64,000 bases of DNA from assembly GCF_009914755.1 (NCBI RefSeq), contig NC_060938.1, one strand, 5' to 3'. This DNA is from the human T2T-CHM13v2.0 reference genome, Homo sapiens. The translations under genes and the position numbers were made by a program. Below the pieces are notes generated by a model. That model did no database searches. It was not told the origin of the DNA and saw nothing but the letters and a program-made list of their open reading frames with translations. Positions 45,609-58,364 of this stretch are shown here, in pieces (the first letter of the stretch is position 1; each line of letters starts with the position of its first letter).

Positions 45609-48008
45609 GATGATTTTCATTTAATGGTGTTCTACAAAGTGAGTTCAGGCAATGAAAGCACACATGTCATCTATAGTTTACCAGAAAGTAGTACCGGTCA
45701 CCAGCATTGAAGCATACTCCTAACACTGGAAATTTCTTCAGCAGCCAGAATTAATCTCAGATTTTGAGACTGGAGCAAAGACTAATTTGGTATGTGTTCA
45801 TTCAGATTAGTAAATCTCCATGGTGTTCGAACTGTATAATATCAAATCTAAAATAAGTCAAAAGAGTTGAACCATATCTCATCTCTGAGAAAAAAAATGC
45901 ATTATTTTCAACAGATTTAAGACTGAATTTAAAATCCAACTGCCTATTCCAGTGTATGTTTCTCTAGAATAAGGCCAAGCCCTACAAATTCTGGATAGTG
46001 TCCTCCAAGTTGTGTTTAAGTGATAATTGATAAATCTATGGTTTAGATACATATGGAATTCCATATAACTCTAGCTCCAGCCTTTGTGAGTAAAAATTGG
46101 CAGTGATCATGGTCTTAATGGGGGCATGTGGTTAATTGGAATTTTCAGTACCAAAAGTCGTCTTCTTACTAGTTTATCAGGGTACCTTATAATAGTATCC
46201 GTAACTCATTGCCCACTTGTCTGTTTTGATTTCTTTTTTAAAAAGACAATTTTAAACTTAGAGGATTTGTACCTCAAGTCACATATGCGGCACATTTATA
46301 AAATAATCATGCCTTTGCATATTTTTCCTTTGATATCTTAGCTATATATCCAAGCCATTTATGTTTTTTAATTGCCACAAATATTGCACTGAAATAGAGC
46401 ACTAGTTGCAAAAATGCCTGGTATAACATTTCTTCTTGTTCTTGAAAGTTATTTTAATACCCCATGTTTAAGATATTCCTAGACAACTATATGTAACTAT
46501 AATTATTTCTGCTAGGTAGAAACATCTTTGTGGTCAACATTTGTGAAGTGCCTTGTAAATAAAAACATGCTTGAGTAGAAATAGTATTTTGCAAATATAG
46601 CCCTAAATAGAGCTACTGATTTTACCAAGAATTAAAGACTCCAAACTCTGTCTTTGTCTTTCAAATTTGGTTTATAGGAACATCTCATTACAATGAGCAA
46701 AAAGCCTATATGATCATTAATGAGATAATTTTGACACTTCTAAATGACACAGCTAATTTGTAGTAGGTTTTTGAAGTGCAAATTACATGTTTCTGTTTAA
46801 ATAATGACAGTAAAATATAGACACTATGTATTCACACTCTATATACACAACTAACTCCAACTTGTCTCTAGAAGAAAAGTTTAATTTTTCAGGTCTCATC
46901 CATAAAATGAAGTGTTAATAAGCTGTATTTTTATGCTCACTTTTAAGTAATTTCTTCTTAACCATTGTATAACACTACTACAGTTTGTATGGAGATAAAA
47001 TAACTCATGGTGAGAAATCCAGTTCTTTAAAGAAATCATTTTACCTTCAATCACTTTTAGGATATCTATGGTTTTAGAGTAAGGATGAAAATTTATAAAC
47101 ATTTGTTAAATTATGCAACTGTTTTTGAAGATGTTTCAAAATTACACTTTCCTTATTTTACAACTAGTTTTCATATATTCACAAATGAGACACATGAGAA
47201 TTATTAATGCAAAAGCATAGCATATCAATAAAGTTTATAATGTAAATAGTTTAGTTAGGAAAGAATGTAATGAGTGAATTATCAAAGCTATTTTATTGGT
47301 TCCTAGATTTACCATAGAAGAAAATAAAGCAGCCTTATAAAAATTTCTCAGCACTGAGTCCATTTAAGGTCTATTTTGTATGCTGTAAGTTCTACAAAAT
47401 GTTATTGCAGGTAAAAATAGGGTACATATCTAAAATTGTCTTTTTAAAGGTTCTTTCTTATTCTTCTTCCCTTCCTATGTGTGCACAGAATAATGTCATC
47501 GTCTTGATTGGAACACTGTCTCTCTTTCTCAGAGGGTGTACATTTGTAGAAGGGAGAAAATATTTGTTAATTTTGCTTCCTATAAAATAAGGTCTCAATG
47601 GTTGAAGGTCAGTTAACAAACTTTTTTTTTGGTCTTCATACTATTATCTTGGAATTACCAACTGGCTTGTATTTAGATTTTGAATAATGAAATAAAAGAA
47701 CTAGCATTTGTTAGAACTTACTGTGTTCCAGAAACTTTATTGATACCATTTCTTCTCATTATCACATTCATTCTTTCAAATAGTATTATTTTTTTCTATC
47801 TTAATAAGGTGGGACCAGAGGTTTTGTAATATCCACTAACCCACTGTGGATTTCATGGCTTGCAAGAGGAAGAAAGCATGGTGGAACTCAGGTTTCTCGG
47901 ATTCCAAATTCACATCCTTTCATGTCTCCATGAAAAATAGAAAAGATAAATTGGGCTCTATTTTAACAAGAGAAACACAATTTTTCTTCAGTTAAATGAA
48001 TAATTCTT

Positions 48009-48129
48009 TTTTATTTTATTTTATTTTATTTTTATTATTATACTTTAAGTTTTAGGGTACATGTGCACATTGTGCAGATTAGTTACATATGTATACATGT
48101 GCCATGCTGGTGCGCTGCACCCAGATACC
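48009..48129 (-). mobile_element. Very short young L1 (L1PA2-like) 3' end with perfect 16-bp TSD
   Basis: 'gtgcacattgtgcag..tagttac...gccatgctggtgcgctgcaccca'; TSD taaatgaataattctt at 47993-48008 and 48130-48145. Confidence 0.9.
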
Positions 48130-48899
48130 TAAATGAATAATTCTTAAACCTCAAAAATAAAACGTAGCAAAACCTCAATTCAAGAGTAGACATAAAGGTT
48201 GTGACATGGGTAGCAGAGACATATGTCTAATGACATACATATTCTATGCATATCTGACCAAAAATCTCCCTCATGATTTTCAAATCAGATGCATAACTAC
48301 ATTTAATGAATTTCACGAATCATTAATATCAGGCTCTGAAAACAGGATCATTAAAAATGATTAAGATTTTCAACAACAAAGATCTTATCTAAATAGTAAG
48401 GAAATTATATTAGATGGCTCCATTCCCTGGGCAGTCTAGTTAACAATTCAACTTGTTCAAAGCTATTAAATATGACAACTTAAAAAATTATGAAAGTTTT
48501 TCTAACTTTGTGCTTAAGATAGTTGGTCATTCTTCCTCTTGGGAAAAAGAACCGCAGATTTTCTGTCGAAGCATTTTGCTATTGCTTTTCAATTTCCTTT
48601 TATGGAAAATAGATAAAATAGCAATTTTTTAATTATAAATTTAAAGTCAAAATGGAGATAATTAAGTATCTCCATTAATTAAGTAAATATTATTTTTTTA
48701 AAAAATAGCATTTACTAAATTCTAATCAATCAATTGATTGACTATTTTTATCCCTGGCTCAATGTAACTCTCTTTGACATACTCTTGTCTTAATTCTAGT
48801 TTATGTCAACAATGTGTAATCATAGATGACTCTTTGCCATTTTCATCTCTCAGTTCTATGAACACCTTTGATCTAACGATAATGTTTTCCAAAAGAATT

Positions 48900-49580
48900 A
48901 TTTCTACTCAAACTTCTGAGATCAAATTTGTAGATTTAGTCTCACCCCAATCAATTCTTCAACTCTCAGGACACCAAATGGTGTCCTACAATTCAATTCA
49001 ATCCTGAGACTATCTATCTGGAGATAACATCAGATCCCAAAAGTTCAGGGTTCAGGCCCACAAGACTGACCCCCACCATTAGAGAGGAGTTGTCGGCCTC
49101 CCATACTCCTGACCAACTGTCTATAAATTAGGACTTCCATGGATTCCTTCCCCAGGTTCTATAATTTGCTAAGATGGCGCACAGAACCCAAGAAAGCACT
49201 TTGCTTACAGTTACTGTCTGATACAAATCAGGAACTGTCAAATAGAAGAGACACATAGGGCCAGGTATGGTGAAAAGGGGCACAAAGCTGCCATATGACC
49301 TCTAAGTATATCACTGTATCATGCTCCCAGCACCTCAGAGGTGATGGAGGAGAGAGCTGACAGTTTCAACCATCTAGTTATGCCTTCATGTTTCTGATGT
49401 CCAGCACCCACCCTGAAGCTATACGGGTCTCCAGCCACCACTCATGTCATGTCAATAGCATAAACTCAGGTATGGCTAAGAGGGACTTATGACTAGTAAA
49501 GGATGGTCCTCTCATCTCTATCAGGAAATTACAAGTTTTAGGAGCTCTGTACTGTGAACTGGGGAGGAAGACCAAATAGG
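48900..49580 (-). mobile_element. MER21/MER77-like LTR
   Basis: 'gtgtcctacaattcaattcaatcctgagactatctatctggagataacatcagatccca...cccacaagactg'. Confidence 0.6.
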
Positions 49581-49591
49581 ACATAGCCTAG

Positions 49592-49781
49592 ACCAGTTGT
49601 GCTAACTACTGTGTGCCTCAAAATTGCCTACAGTTGTGTTACAATGAGAGATTGCTGAGACCTGCTATTGGAATTTCAGATTTGGTAGATCTGGGGGTGT
49701 AACCTGAGAATATGCAGTTCTAGTAAGTTCCCAGGTGATGCTGATGCTGCTAGCACAGGGACCACACTTCCAGACGGACTG
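49592..49781 (+). mobile_element. MER5A (hAT-Charlie MITE)
   Basis: 'ctgagaatatgcagttctagtaagttcccaggtgatgctgatgctgctagcacagggaccacactt'. Confidence 0.75.
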
Positions 49782-49849
49782 AGTGAAGCATCGTCGTTAC
49801 TTATAATAGGAACTTCTCTGTAGTCACAATTTCATTCATCCCATTCTCT

Positions 49850-50430
49850 GAGCTCCTCCTTTAATCATTCCCTTTCATACGCTGACATAAAATTTTTCAA
49901 TCTCTCTGAGACCTCCAAACTATTATTTTATCATATTCACAATGACCCTTACCTACTTGATGTACTCTATTTCCTGTTCTCCTGCCTAAATTCCATGGCC
50001 AAACATTCCCGGGAAACTTCAACTTCCTTGTTTCTCTTTCACTTTGCTGAATCTAACCAGGCAAATAACCCTGGTTAGATCCAAATTTCCACCAAATCCC
50101 CACATATATTTGAGCAACTAGCTATATGGATCAAATTGAAAAATATGCCACTTGAAAATGAGAATCTCAGTGCTGCCTATCAATCAATCATACTACATAT
50201 GTTCCAATCTATTCACTCTCTAATTTACCTAGTTTTGTACCTTATCCTGTCTCTAATCCCTAACACTTCCCCAGAAATCCTCAATGTCTTTTTGGTTGTG
50301 CTTCCCTGAGAACATTGAATCATCCAAAGACAACTTCCACAGACTCCTGAAACCATTTAAACTCACTTTCCCATGTCTACACCCACATACTCTCCATTTT
50401 CACCTATTATTATCTGTGAAATAACTGGCC
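49850..50430 (+). mobile_element. L2 LINE fragment
   Basis: Pyrimidine-rich L2-like 'cttccctgagaacattgaatcatccaaagacaacttccacag'. Confidence 0.4.
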
Positions 50431-51351
50431 CCTATCTGTATATTGTCTGATGATGATTTCTATATTACATGTGAAGAAAATGAGAATAGGGTTAGAGCTA
50501 CTTTCTCATTATAGCATATCTTAGAATCAAATCCACGCAGTCCACCACTGAAACTGGGGTTCCAAGTCAGTGTATTTGGAGAAGGAGAGCTAGTAGAAAA
50601 ATAAGGATGAAAAGATCCAGGATGAAGATTCTGATGGAAGAAAAGGACATTTTTACTATTATGAACTCCTTGAAGTAGACCTTAAGCATTCTCATCTGGA
50701 CAAATATCCATTCATCCACTCCAGTGAGCTGATTAAGTTTTAGGATTTTAAGGGTCAGTGAACACTTATTCCTCATTCAGCAGTTAAAGAAGGATTAATA
50801 TGAATATTATCTTGGAGAAGTTTAATTTAAAACATATTTGATTGATTTTTGGCAATTGTCTTCTATCAGATCTTTACCAATCCATATGAGTTGGTAGGAA
50901 GGGAGAAAACACAAAATTTAATCAGATGCCTGAAGTTAGGGAACATTTTATAACCAACTCAGGGGGAAAAATGCTCAAAAGGGGAAAGATGAGGACAGAA
51001 AATACATTTCAAAGATTTTAACTTTTTGACAAAATGTCAATTCTGTGCAAGAAAAACTGATTGTGTGAATATAACTTTGTCATTTACATCTGCCAATGTG
51101 TTCAGAAATATATAACCTATATTTTTTTAATAGTAGTTTGTTAACACAAAATTTATTCATCAAAATATCTAAAACATTCTAAAAATACTAAAAATTTTCA
51201 ATTTAAAGATTAAGCTAAACAGCTCTGTATATATAAGTAAGCTCAAACAAACGTGCATGCTCCCCAACAATGACACTGCTACAGATATTGACTGGTGGTT
51301 TTGGTTTCATTTCATTTTATAATGGCAAATCTGGTTAAGACCCAGATTCTG

Positions 51352-51657
51352 GGCTGGGCGCAGTGGCTCACGTCTGTGATCCCAGCACTTTGGGAGGCTG
51401 AGGCAGGCAAATCACAAGGTCAACAGATCGGGACCATCCTGGCCAACATGGTGAAACCCCATCTCTACTAAAAAAAATACAAAAATTAGCTGGGCATGGT
51501 GGCACGTGCCTGTAGTCCCAGTTACTTGGGAGGCTGAGGCAGGAGAATCACTTGGACCTGGGAGGCAGAGGTTGCATGAGCCGAGACTGTGCCACTGTAC
51601 TCCAGCCTGGTAACAGAGAGATACTCCATCTCAAAACAAAACAAAACAAAACAAAAC
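51352..51657 (+). mobile_element. AluSc with (CAAAA)n tail, TSD cccagattctg
   Basis: 'cacaaggtcaacagatcgggaccatcctggccaac' (Sc-type); flanking direct repeat. Confidence 0.9.
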
Positions 51658-51692
51658 CCCAGATTCTGAATTGACTCTCACAATAAGGATCT

Positions 51693-53490
51693 CAATTGCT
51701 TCAAAGAGAATAAAATACCTAGAAATCCAACTTACAAGGGATGTGAAGGACCTCTTCAAGGAGAACTACAAACCACTGCTCAATGAAATAAGATACAAAC
51801 AAATGTAAGAACCTTCCATGCTCATGGGTAGGAAGAATCAATATTGTGAAAATGGCCATACTGCCCAAGGTAATTTATAGATTCAATGCCATCCCCATCA
51901 AGCTACCAATGACTTTCTTCACAGAATTGGAAAAAACTACTTTAAACTTCATACGGAACCAAAAAAGAGCCTGGATTGCCAAGTCAATCCTAAGCCAAGA
52001 GAACAAAGCTGGAGGTACCACGCTGCCTGACTTCAAACTGTACTACAAGGTTACAGTGACCAAAACAGCATGGTACTGGTACCAAAAGAGAGATAGAGGC
52101 CAATGGAACAGAACATAGCCCTCAGAAATAATGCCACATGTCTACAACTATCTGATCGTTGACAAACCTGACAGAAACAAGAACTAGGGAAAGGATTCCC
52201 TATTTAATAAATGGTGCTGGGAAAACTAGCTAGCCATATGGATCCCTTCCTTACACCTTACACCTTATACAAAAATTAATTCAAGATGGATTAAAGATTT
52301 ACATGTTAGACCTAAAACCATAAAAACCCTGGAACAAAACTAGGCAATACCATTCAGGACATAGGCATGGGCAGGGACTTCATGTCTAAAACACCAAAAG
52401 CAATGGCAACAAAAGCCAAAATTGACAAATGGGATCTAATTAAACTAAAGAGCTTCTGCACAGCAAAAGAAACCACCATCAGAGTGAACAGGCAGCCTAC
52501 AGAATGGGAGAAAAGTTTTGCAATCTACTCACCTGACAAAGGGCAAATATCCAGCATCTACAATGAACTCCAACAAATTTACAAGAAAAAAGCAACCCCA
52601 TCAAAAAGTGGGAGAAGGATATGAACAGACACTTCTCAAAAGAAGACATTTATGCAGCCAAAAAACACATGAAAAAATGCTCACCATCACTGCCTATCAG
52701 AGAAATGCAAATCTAAACGACAATGAGATACCGTCTCCCACCAGTTAGAATGGCAGTCATTAAAATGTCAGGAGACAACAGGTACTGGAGAGGATGTGGA
52801 GAAATAGGAACACTTTTACACTGTTGATGGGACTGTAAACTAGTTCAAACATTGTGAAAGTCGGTGTGGGGATTCCTCAGGGATCTAGAACTAGAAATAC
52901 CATTTGACCCAGCCATCCCATTACTGGGTATATACCCAAAGGATTATAAATCATGCTGCTCTAAACACACATGCACACGTATGTTTATTGTGACACTATT
53001 CACAATAGCAAAGACTTGGAGCCAACCCAAATGTCCAACAATGATAGAATGGATTAAGAAAATGTGGCACATATACACCATGGAATCCTATGCAGCCATA
53101 AAAAATGATGAGTTCATGTCCTTTGTAGGGACATGGATGAAGCTGGAAACCATCATTCTCAGCAAACTATCACAAGGACAAAAAACCAAACACCACATGT
53201 TCTCACTCATAGGTGGGAATTGAACAATGAGAACACATGGACACAAGAAGGGTAACATCACACAATGGGGACTGTTGTGGGGTGGGGGGAGGGGGGAGGA
53301 ATTGCATTAGAAGATATACCTAATGTTAAATGATGAGTTAATGGGTGCAGCACAACAACATGGCACATGTATACATATGTAACAAACCTGCACGTTCTGC
53401 ACATGTACCCTAAAACTTAATGTATAATAATGATAATTAAAAAAGGAAATGAAAACATATGTCCACACACACACACAAAAAAGAAAAAAA
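51693..53490 (+). mobile_element. 5'-truncated L1PA (~1.75 kb) with 3' extension, TSD taaggatctcaa
   Basis: ORF2 C-terminal pieces ([11 protein letters not shown]...SLIGGN), 3'UTR and poly-A; direct repeats at 51684-51695 and 53492-53503. Confidence 0.92.
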
Positions 53491-55129
53491 CTAAGGATCT
53501 CAAAGAGGTCAATATGTATATAATCTATTCTTAAAGAAAAATTTTCTCCAATTGTTTATTGAAATATCACACAGGCTCTGACTTTGTTTATGTCCTTAAA
53601 AAGTATGTAGATTTATTTGTAGCTTTTGTAAAGTGAAAGCTCAGAATGTCTACTCTGTTCTGGTACCACTTTAGTTTAATTGTTGAAAAATATTTAATAA
53701 AAATGAATTACTCAACAAATGGAAAATTTGAATTTGCATACTAAATTTTTACTTCATATTATCAACTCTTGAAAAATAAGTGTGTATATTAGAAATGACA
53801 CTCATTTGACTATACCATAATATATTTCAGACTTTTTGTCTTCAGCTACAGAATTTCTCCATCCTTTGAATTATGTTAGCGGGCTTTAGTTGGCCAGTAT
53901 TGGTGATTCGCCTCCACTAATTCACAACTCTATTATTTTACCCCTGGGGATGCATTTCCATAGTTCTGCCTTGTTATGAGTGTCATTTTTTTCTTCTGTT
54001 TTGTTGACTGCCATTCAAATAGTTTTGGCTTTATCAGAGATTTTCACTTTATTGTTTGTCACCCCCTCATTTTTTTAGCTTCTCATAATTTACTGTATTA
54101 TATCTGCCTGGGCTTTTGGTTCCTTTACAGATGTGTTTCACTTTATTTTTAGCTTATGATACTTCTAAAGTCTGTACCCTTTTAATTTTCACTTGCTTCA
54201 TCGTCACATTCTTGTGTGTTGTTTTTATTTCAAAATACCAGAAAGTAGGATGTCTCAGCATCTTGGTGAGTGGAATAGTTTATTTATAATCCAAAAAAAC
54301 CCCATACTTTTTGTGAGCTATCTGCTTCTAAGTAAAAATTTTATATATAAATTCTTGAAAAAAAATCTTAAACTTCTAAGGGATTGAATGAGATTTTAAA
54401 AAACATTCTATACAACAATGGGTGCAAAATTTGTATTCCTCTACTCAAGAGAAATAATGAACATTTGTTATTAGTTTACTAACATCTAAATGTTAATGTA
54501 TTCAATTATATATTATTAAAACACGATTAAGCTTAATAGGTGGAAAAGTATAAAACAAACAAGTGTATAATTTACCTTTATTAATATGAAACATCTTTTT
54601 CTCTCCTGAAAATAAAGATTAACCAGTGGTGTGCTGGGGCGGGAGGGGGTGTGTTGGAGGAAGAAAAGGCATGATTTGCCAATTTCAGCACAAAACTGAA
54701 AATGGTTATTAACCTTTACTAGCTCCAGATATCTTTTAACATATATTGAAATTTATGACCCTTAAAAAGAAAACATATATAGAGATTTTGACAAAACTTT
54801 GCAGTTCCACTCATGGATCCTTGTATAAGAATCCCTTTTATATGTGTGTTTGCAATTTAAAGAGTTCAGACTTTATGATTCACAGGTGACAATTAATGAT
54901 TTAAAATCAACACTTAGGCTTTTATAATTTGGGAGTCAGGTGTTTAACTGCTGTAGTATAACTGCTTCTTCTCAGAGAAACTTAGGAACTAAGACCAGGG
55001 AAATGTCCCTTGGTGTGCAACACACCTCTTCTTTCTGAACATGTCGTATAAGAAGCTAACTTTGTCTCAAAGTTTATATGACTTTTGCATTTGCAGTTAC
55101 TAGCTATTTTCTTTTGGAACTGTAGGACT

Positions 55130-55829
55130 TGGAGAACTTTCCCTCTACCCTCTGAAGGTATGATAACTGAGTCTATGAAATAAATGGATAACAGGCATGT
55201 CAAAAGAAGAAAAGGTATACACATTTATTACACGCATGGGGGAATCACAGGAAAGAAAAGTGGAATCAAAAACAAAACAAAACAAAACAAACAAAACACC
55301 ACCAAGAAAAAACCCCAGTGAGATTTAGGAGCATATAGGGAAGGCAGGAGGAAGAATGTAGGAAACTTAGGGGAGAGCAAATGACTTTTGGGAAAGATGA
55401 CCAGACCCTTAGGAGAATAGATGATAGTTTGTGGCAGTCTGTCTTGGTGTGGTATGGACCCTTAGTCTTGTCTCCTGTGATATAAGGAGTCAATTTTCCC
55501 TGGCTGATGAAACTCCTAGGAAGGAGATGAATGTCTTTGTGCTCACAAGACAGTATCTTGAAGCTTTGTTTTCCAGTTCAGTTCTAAATCTTCAGTGTAT
55601 AAAAATCTCCTCATCATGCTTTGGATGTTATGGTAGATAAATGGTATCTTTACAAAGATACATTCATTCTGGTATTGAAAGTTCCTTTTGGAGGATCTCT
55701 CTTGAGGAACGTAAAGGGAGTGCAGAGAAAGCACGTCCCGCATTTGTTGTTTTTCAAATATTTTCAGTTCAATGTAATCAGTACACCAAAGTAATCCATT
55801 CAGGACTGGTATTTCCTGAACACCTTCAG
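55130..55829 (-). mobile_element. ERV1 solo LTR (MER89/MER90/MER34-like) carrying a ~150-bp insert
   Basis: Minus strand begins 'tgaaggtgttcaggaaatacc...ctttggtgtactgattacattgaactgaaa'; family uncertain. Confidence 0.45.
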
Positions 55830-57771
55830 AACTCTTTTTGATCCCATGTTATTTCTATGAGATCACGTGATTTAAGACCAACTTTTACTTGCCACTTACA
55901 CATATATTGAAAAGGCAAACTTTCCTTTCATAGTTTGCTAATTTTGGCAAAGTACTTTAACAAAAGTTAAATTAAATGAGTAAGTGAAATTTTGTGTTCT
56001 ATTGTTTTGAAAACAATTCTAGAAGCTGTCCTTGTAAGAACAGCAAAAAGAGAAAAAGATAATTCTCAACTGCTGCTTCAACCATTCTTTGCTTAACAAT
56101 GAATCTAATTAAAAGGCAAAACTCTCTATTTCAGGTTTATATGTGTCAATTGCTTGATTAGAAAGTAAATTATTTACCACATATAATCTGGTGTCAAAAA
56201 ACTTATAATAAAATTACTTTGATTTTATTGCATATAAGTTTGTGAATTTAAATCTCAACTGACAGTGATGAATTTATTTGCTTTGTGCTGACAAGGCAGT
56301 ATCTTGAAGTTTTGTTTTCCAACTCAGTTCTAAATCTACAGTGTATCAAAATCTTCTCGTTATGCTTTGGGTGTTATGGTACATAAATGGTATCTTCACA
56401 AAGATACATTCATTCTGGTACTGAAAGTGCCTACTTAAAATTCTGCATGAACAGTTTTATTGAAAAAATATGTAGACAAGCCATTAATTATACACAGTGA
56501 TTTGGAACAAATTCTTACAAGAAGCATAGCGTGTCTTCCATTAACTGTATACAATTTATAAAAAGTTACTGAAAGTCTTCCTGAAGTTAAACAATAAATC
56601 TTTTAAATTTAACCACTGTGCTCCCTCAAAGGTAATTTTTTCTTTATGACACTCACTTAGGGGATACAGTCAGATCTCAGCCTACTTTAAACAATTAGGC
56701 AGTATTTTTAGTGCACTTTTCTGTTTGTTAAAAAGCTAGTTGTCAAGAATAAGTTGCTCATATATCTTCCTCAATTACTTTTTATTTTGTTTTGTAATTA
56801 TTATTCTATTTTGGTTTTCCTTTAGAATTGTGAAATATCTTGAATCAGAAATTGCAGAGAATATATAAATGAGTAAGAATGCACTCTGCAATCAAACTAG
56901 ATCTCGAAAGTGTTTTGTTGTAGTTTATACCTTGAATTCGAAGGCCATTCTATACAAGGCACTTGAAAAATTTTCAAGCTCATATATTTCATAATAGTAC
57001 AGAATTTATTGTTCTTTTATTTGCAAGGAGATAGACCAGATAAAATATCACTTTATTTTTTACAGTGTTGACTTTGATATTCTAAACTTGTCAGTTTATA
57101 CAGATTAATGAAGACTCCATACATGTAAAATTCACTATATATTTTTTTCTGGTATGAGAGTCTAAACAAATAGTAACAACATACCCAAACAGGTAAAGTA
57201 AAAATATACAATAGCTTGACAAAAAAAAAGAAGAAAAAATAAACCCCTATACATTCCTTAACATTTAAATCTTTGAGGACCAAATTGGATTCAAAAGAAA
57301 CATTTCTGGTGGGCAGGGAAAGGGCTAAAAATCTAAAGTATATAATAAGTAAATTCCTCATTGGTATAAAATATATGACCAGCATGACATTTCAATACAT
57401 GTTCAAGTTTTCTGAAAAAAGTTCTAGGATAATAGGATTTCAACTTTTGATTCTACAGATATCATTCTTGTGATTGGTATGGGAGAATCATCCTCTTCAT
57501 GTATTAGTGGATTCAAATGAAAAAAAATCAGGCAGCTAGTTCCTTTCCAAGAAGCCTTAGAGATTGTTGTACATAAAAATAGCCATATTTCTGATTCAAA
57601 TTTTAATTAGAGAATTCTCTTTATTCCCTCTTCGGCATAAAATTATGCACTGGCACTCTGCTCTGCAGACAAGTAAAACTTCTTACCTGTCATAATTTGA
57701 GATACCCAAGACTCAGAAGATATTATCTCCTAGCTGAAAGTCCCAAAAAACTTCTCAAGACAAAAAAACAC

Positions 57772-58020
57772 AAAAAGTTAAATACACAGAGATAGAGTAT
57801 AAAACAGTGGTTACCAGGGGCTGGGGGTGAGAAGAGAAAATGGAGAGAGAGAATTCAAAGGATGCAAAGTTGCAGATATGTAGAATTAACAAGTTGAGGG
57901 ATCTAATATACAACATGAGGACTGTAGGTATTAATATTTATTGTATATGGCATTTAACTAAAAGGGTAGTTTGTAGGTACTCTTTCCTCACACACATATC
58001 CAAAAGAAAGGTAACTGAGA
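57772..58020 (+). mobile_element. L1MA-type 3'UTR fragment, truncated
   Basis: 'agtggttaccaggggctggggg...gatctaatatacaacatgaggactgtagg...aaaggtaact'. Confidence 0.75.
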
Positions 58021-58364
58021 TTTTCAAAGGGAATGCTTCCAGGTTTTGCCCATTCAGTATGATATTGGCTGTGGGTTTGACATAAATAGCTCTTATTATT
58101 TTGAGATACATCCCATCAATATCTAATTTATTGAGAGTTTTTAGCACGAAGGTTGTTGAATTTTGTCAAAGGGCTTTTCTGCATCTATTGAGATAATCAT
58201 GTAGTTTTTGACGTTGGTTCTGTTTGTATGATGGATTATGTGTATTGATTTGTGTATGTTGAACCAGCCTTGCATCCCAGGGATGCAGCCCATTTGATCA
58301 TGGTGGATAAGCTTTTTGATTTGCTGCTGGATTCGGTTTGGTAGTATTTTATTGAGGATTTCGC
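58021..58364 (-). mobile_element. Internal L1PA ORF2 (RT) fragment abutting the satellite
   Basis: [35 protein letters not shown]...[14 protein letters not shown]; no poly-A, no TSD. Confidence 0.9.

Noticed and set aside
56265-56424. C/D-box snoRNA call
   Set aside because: Only short box-like motifs; no terminal stem, no recognisable guide, atypical length.
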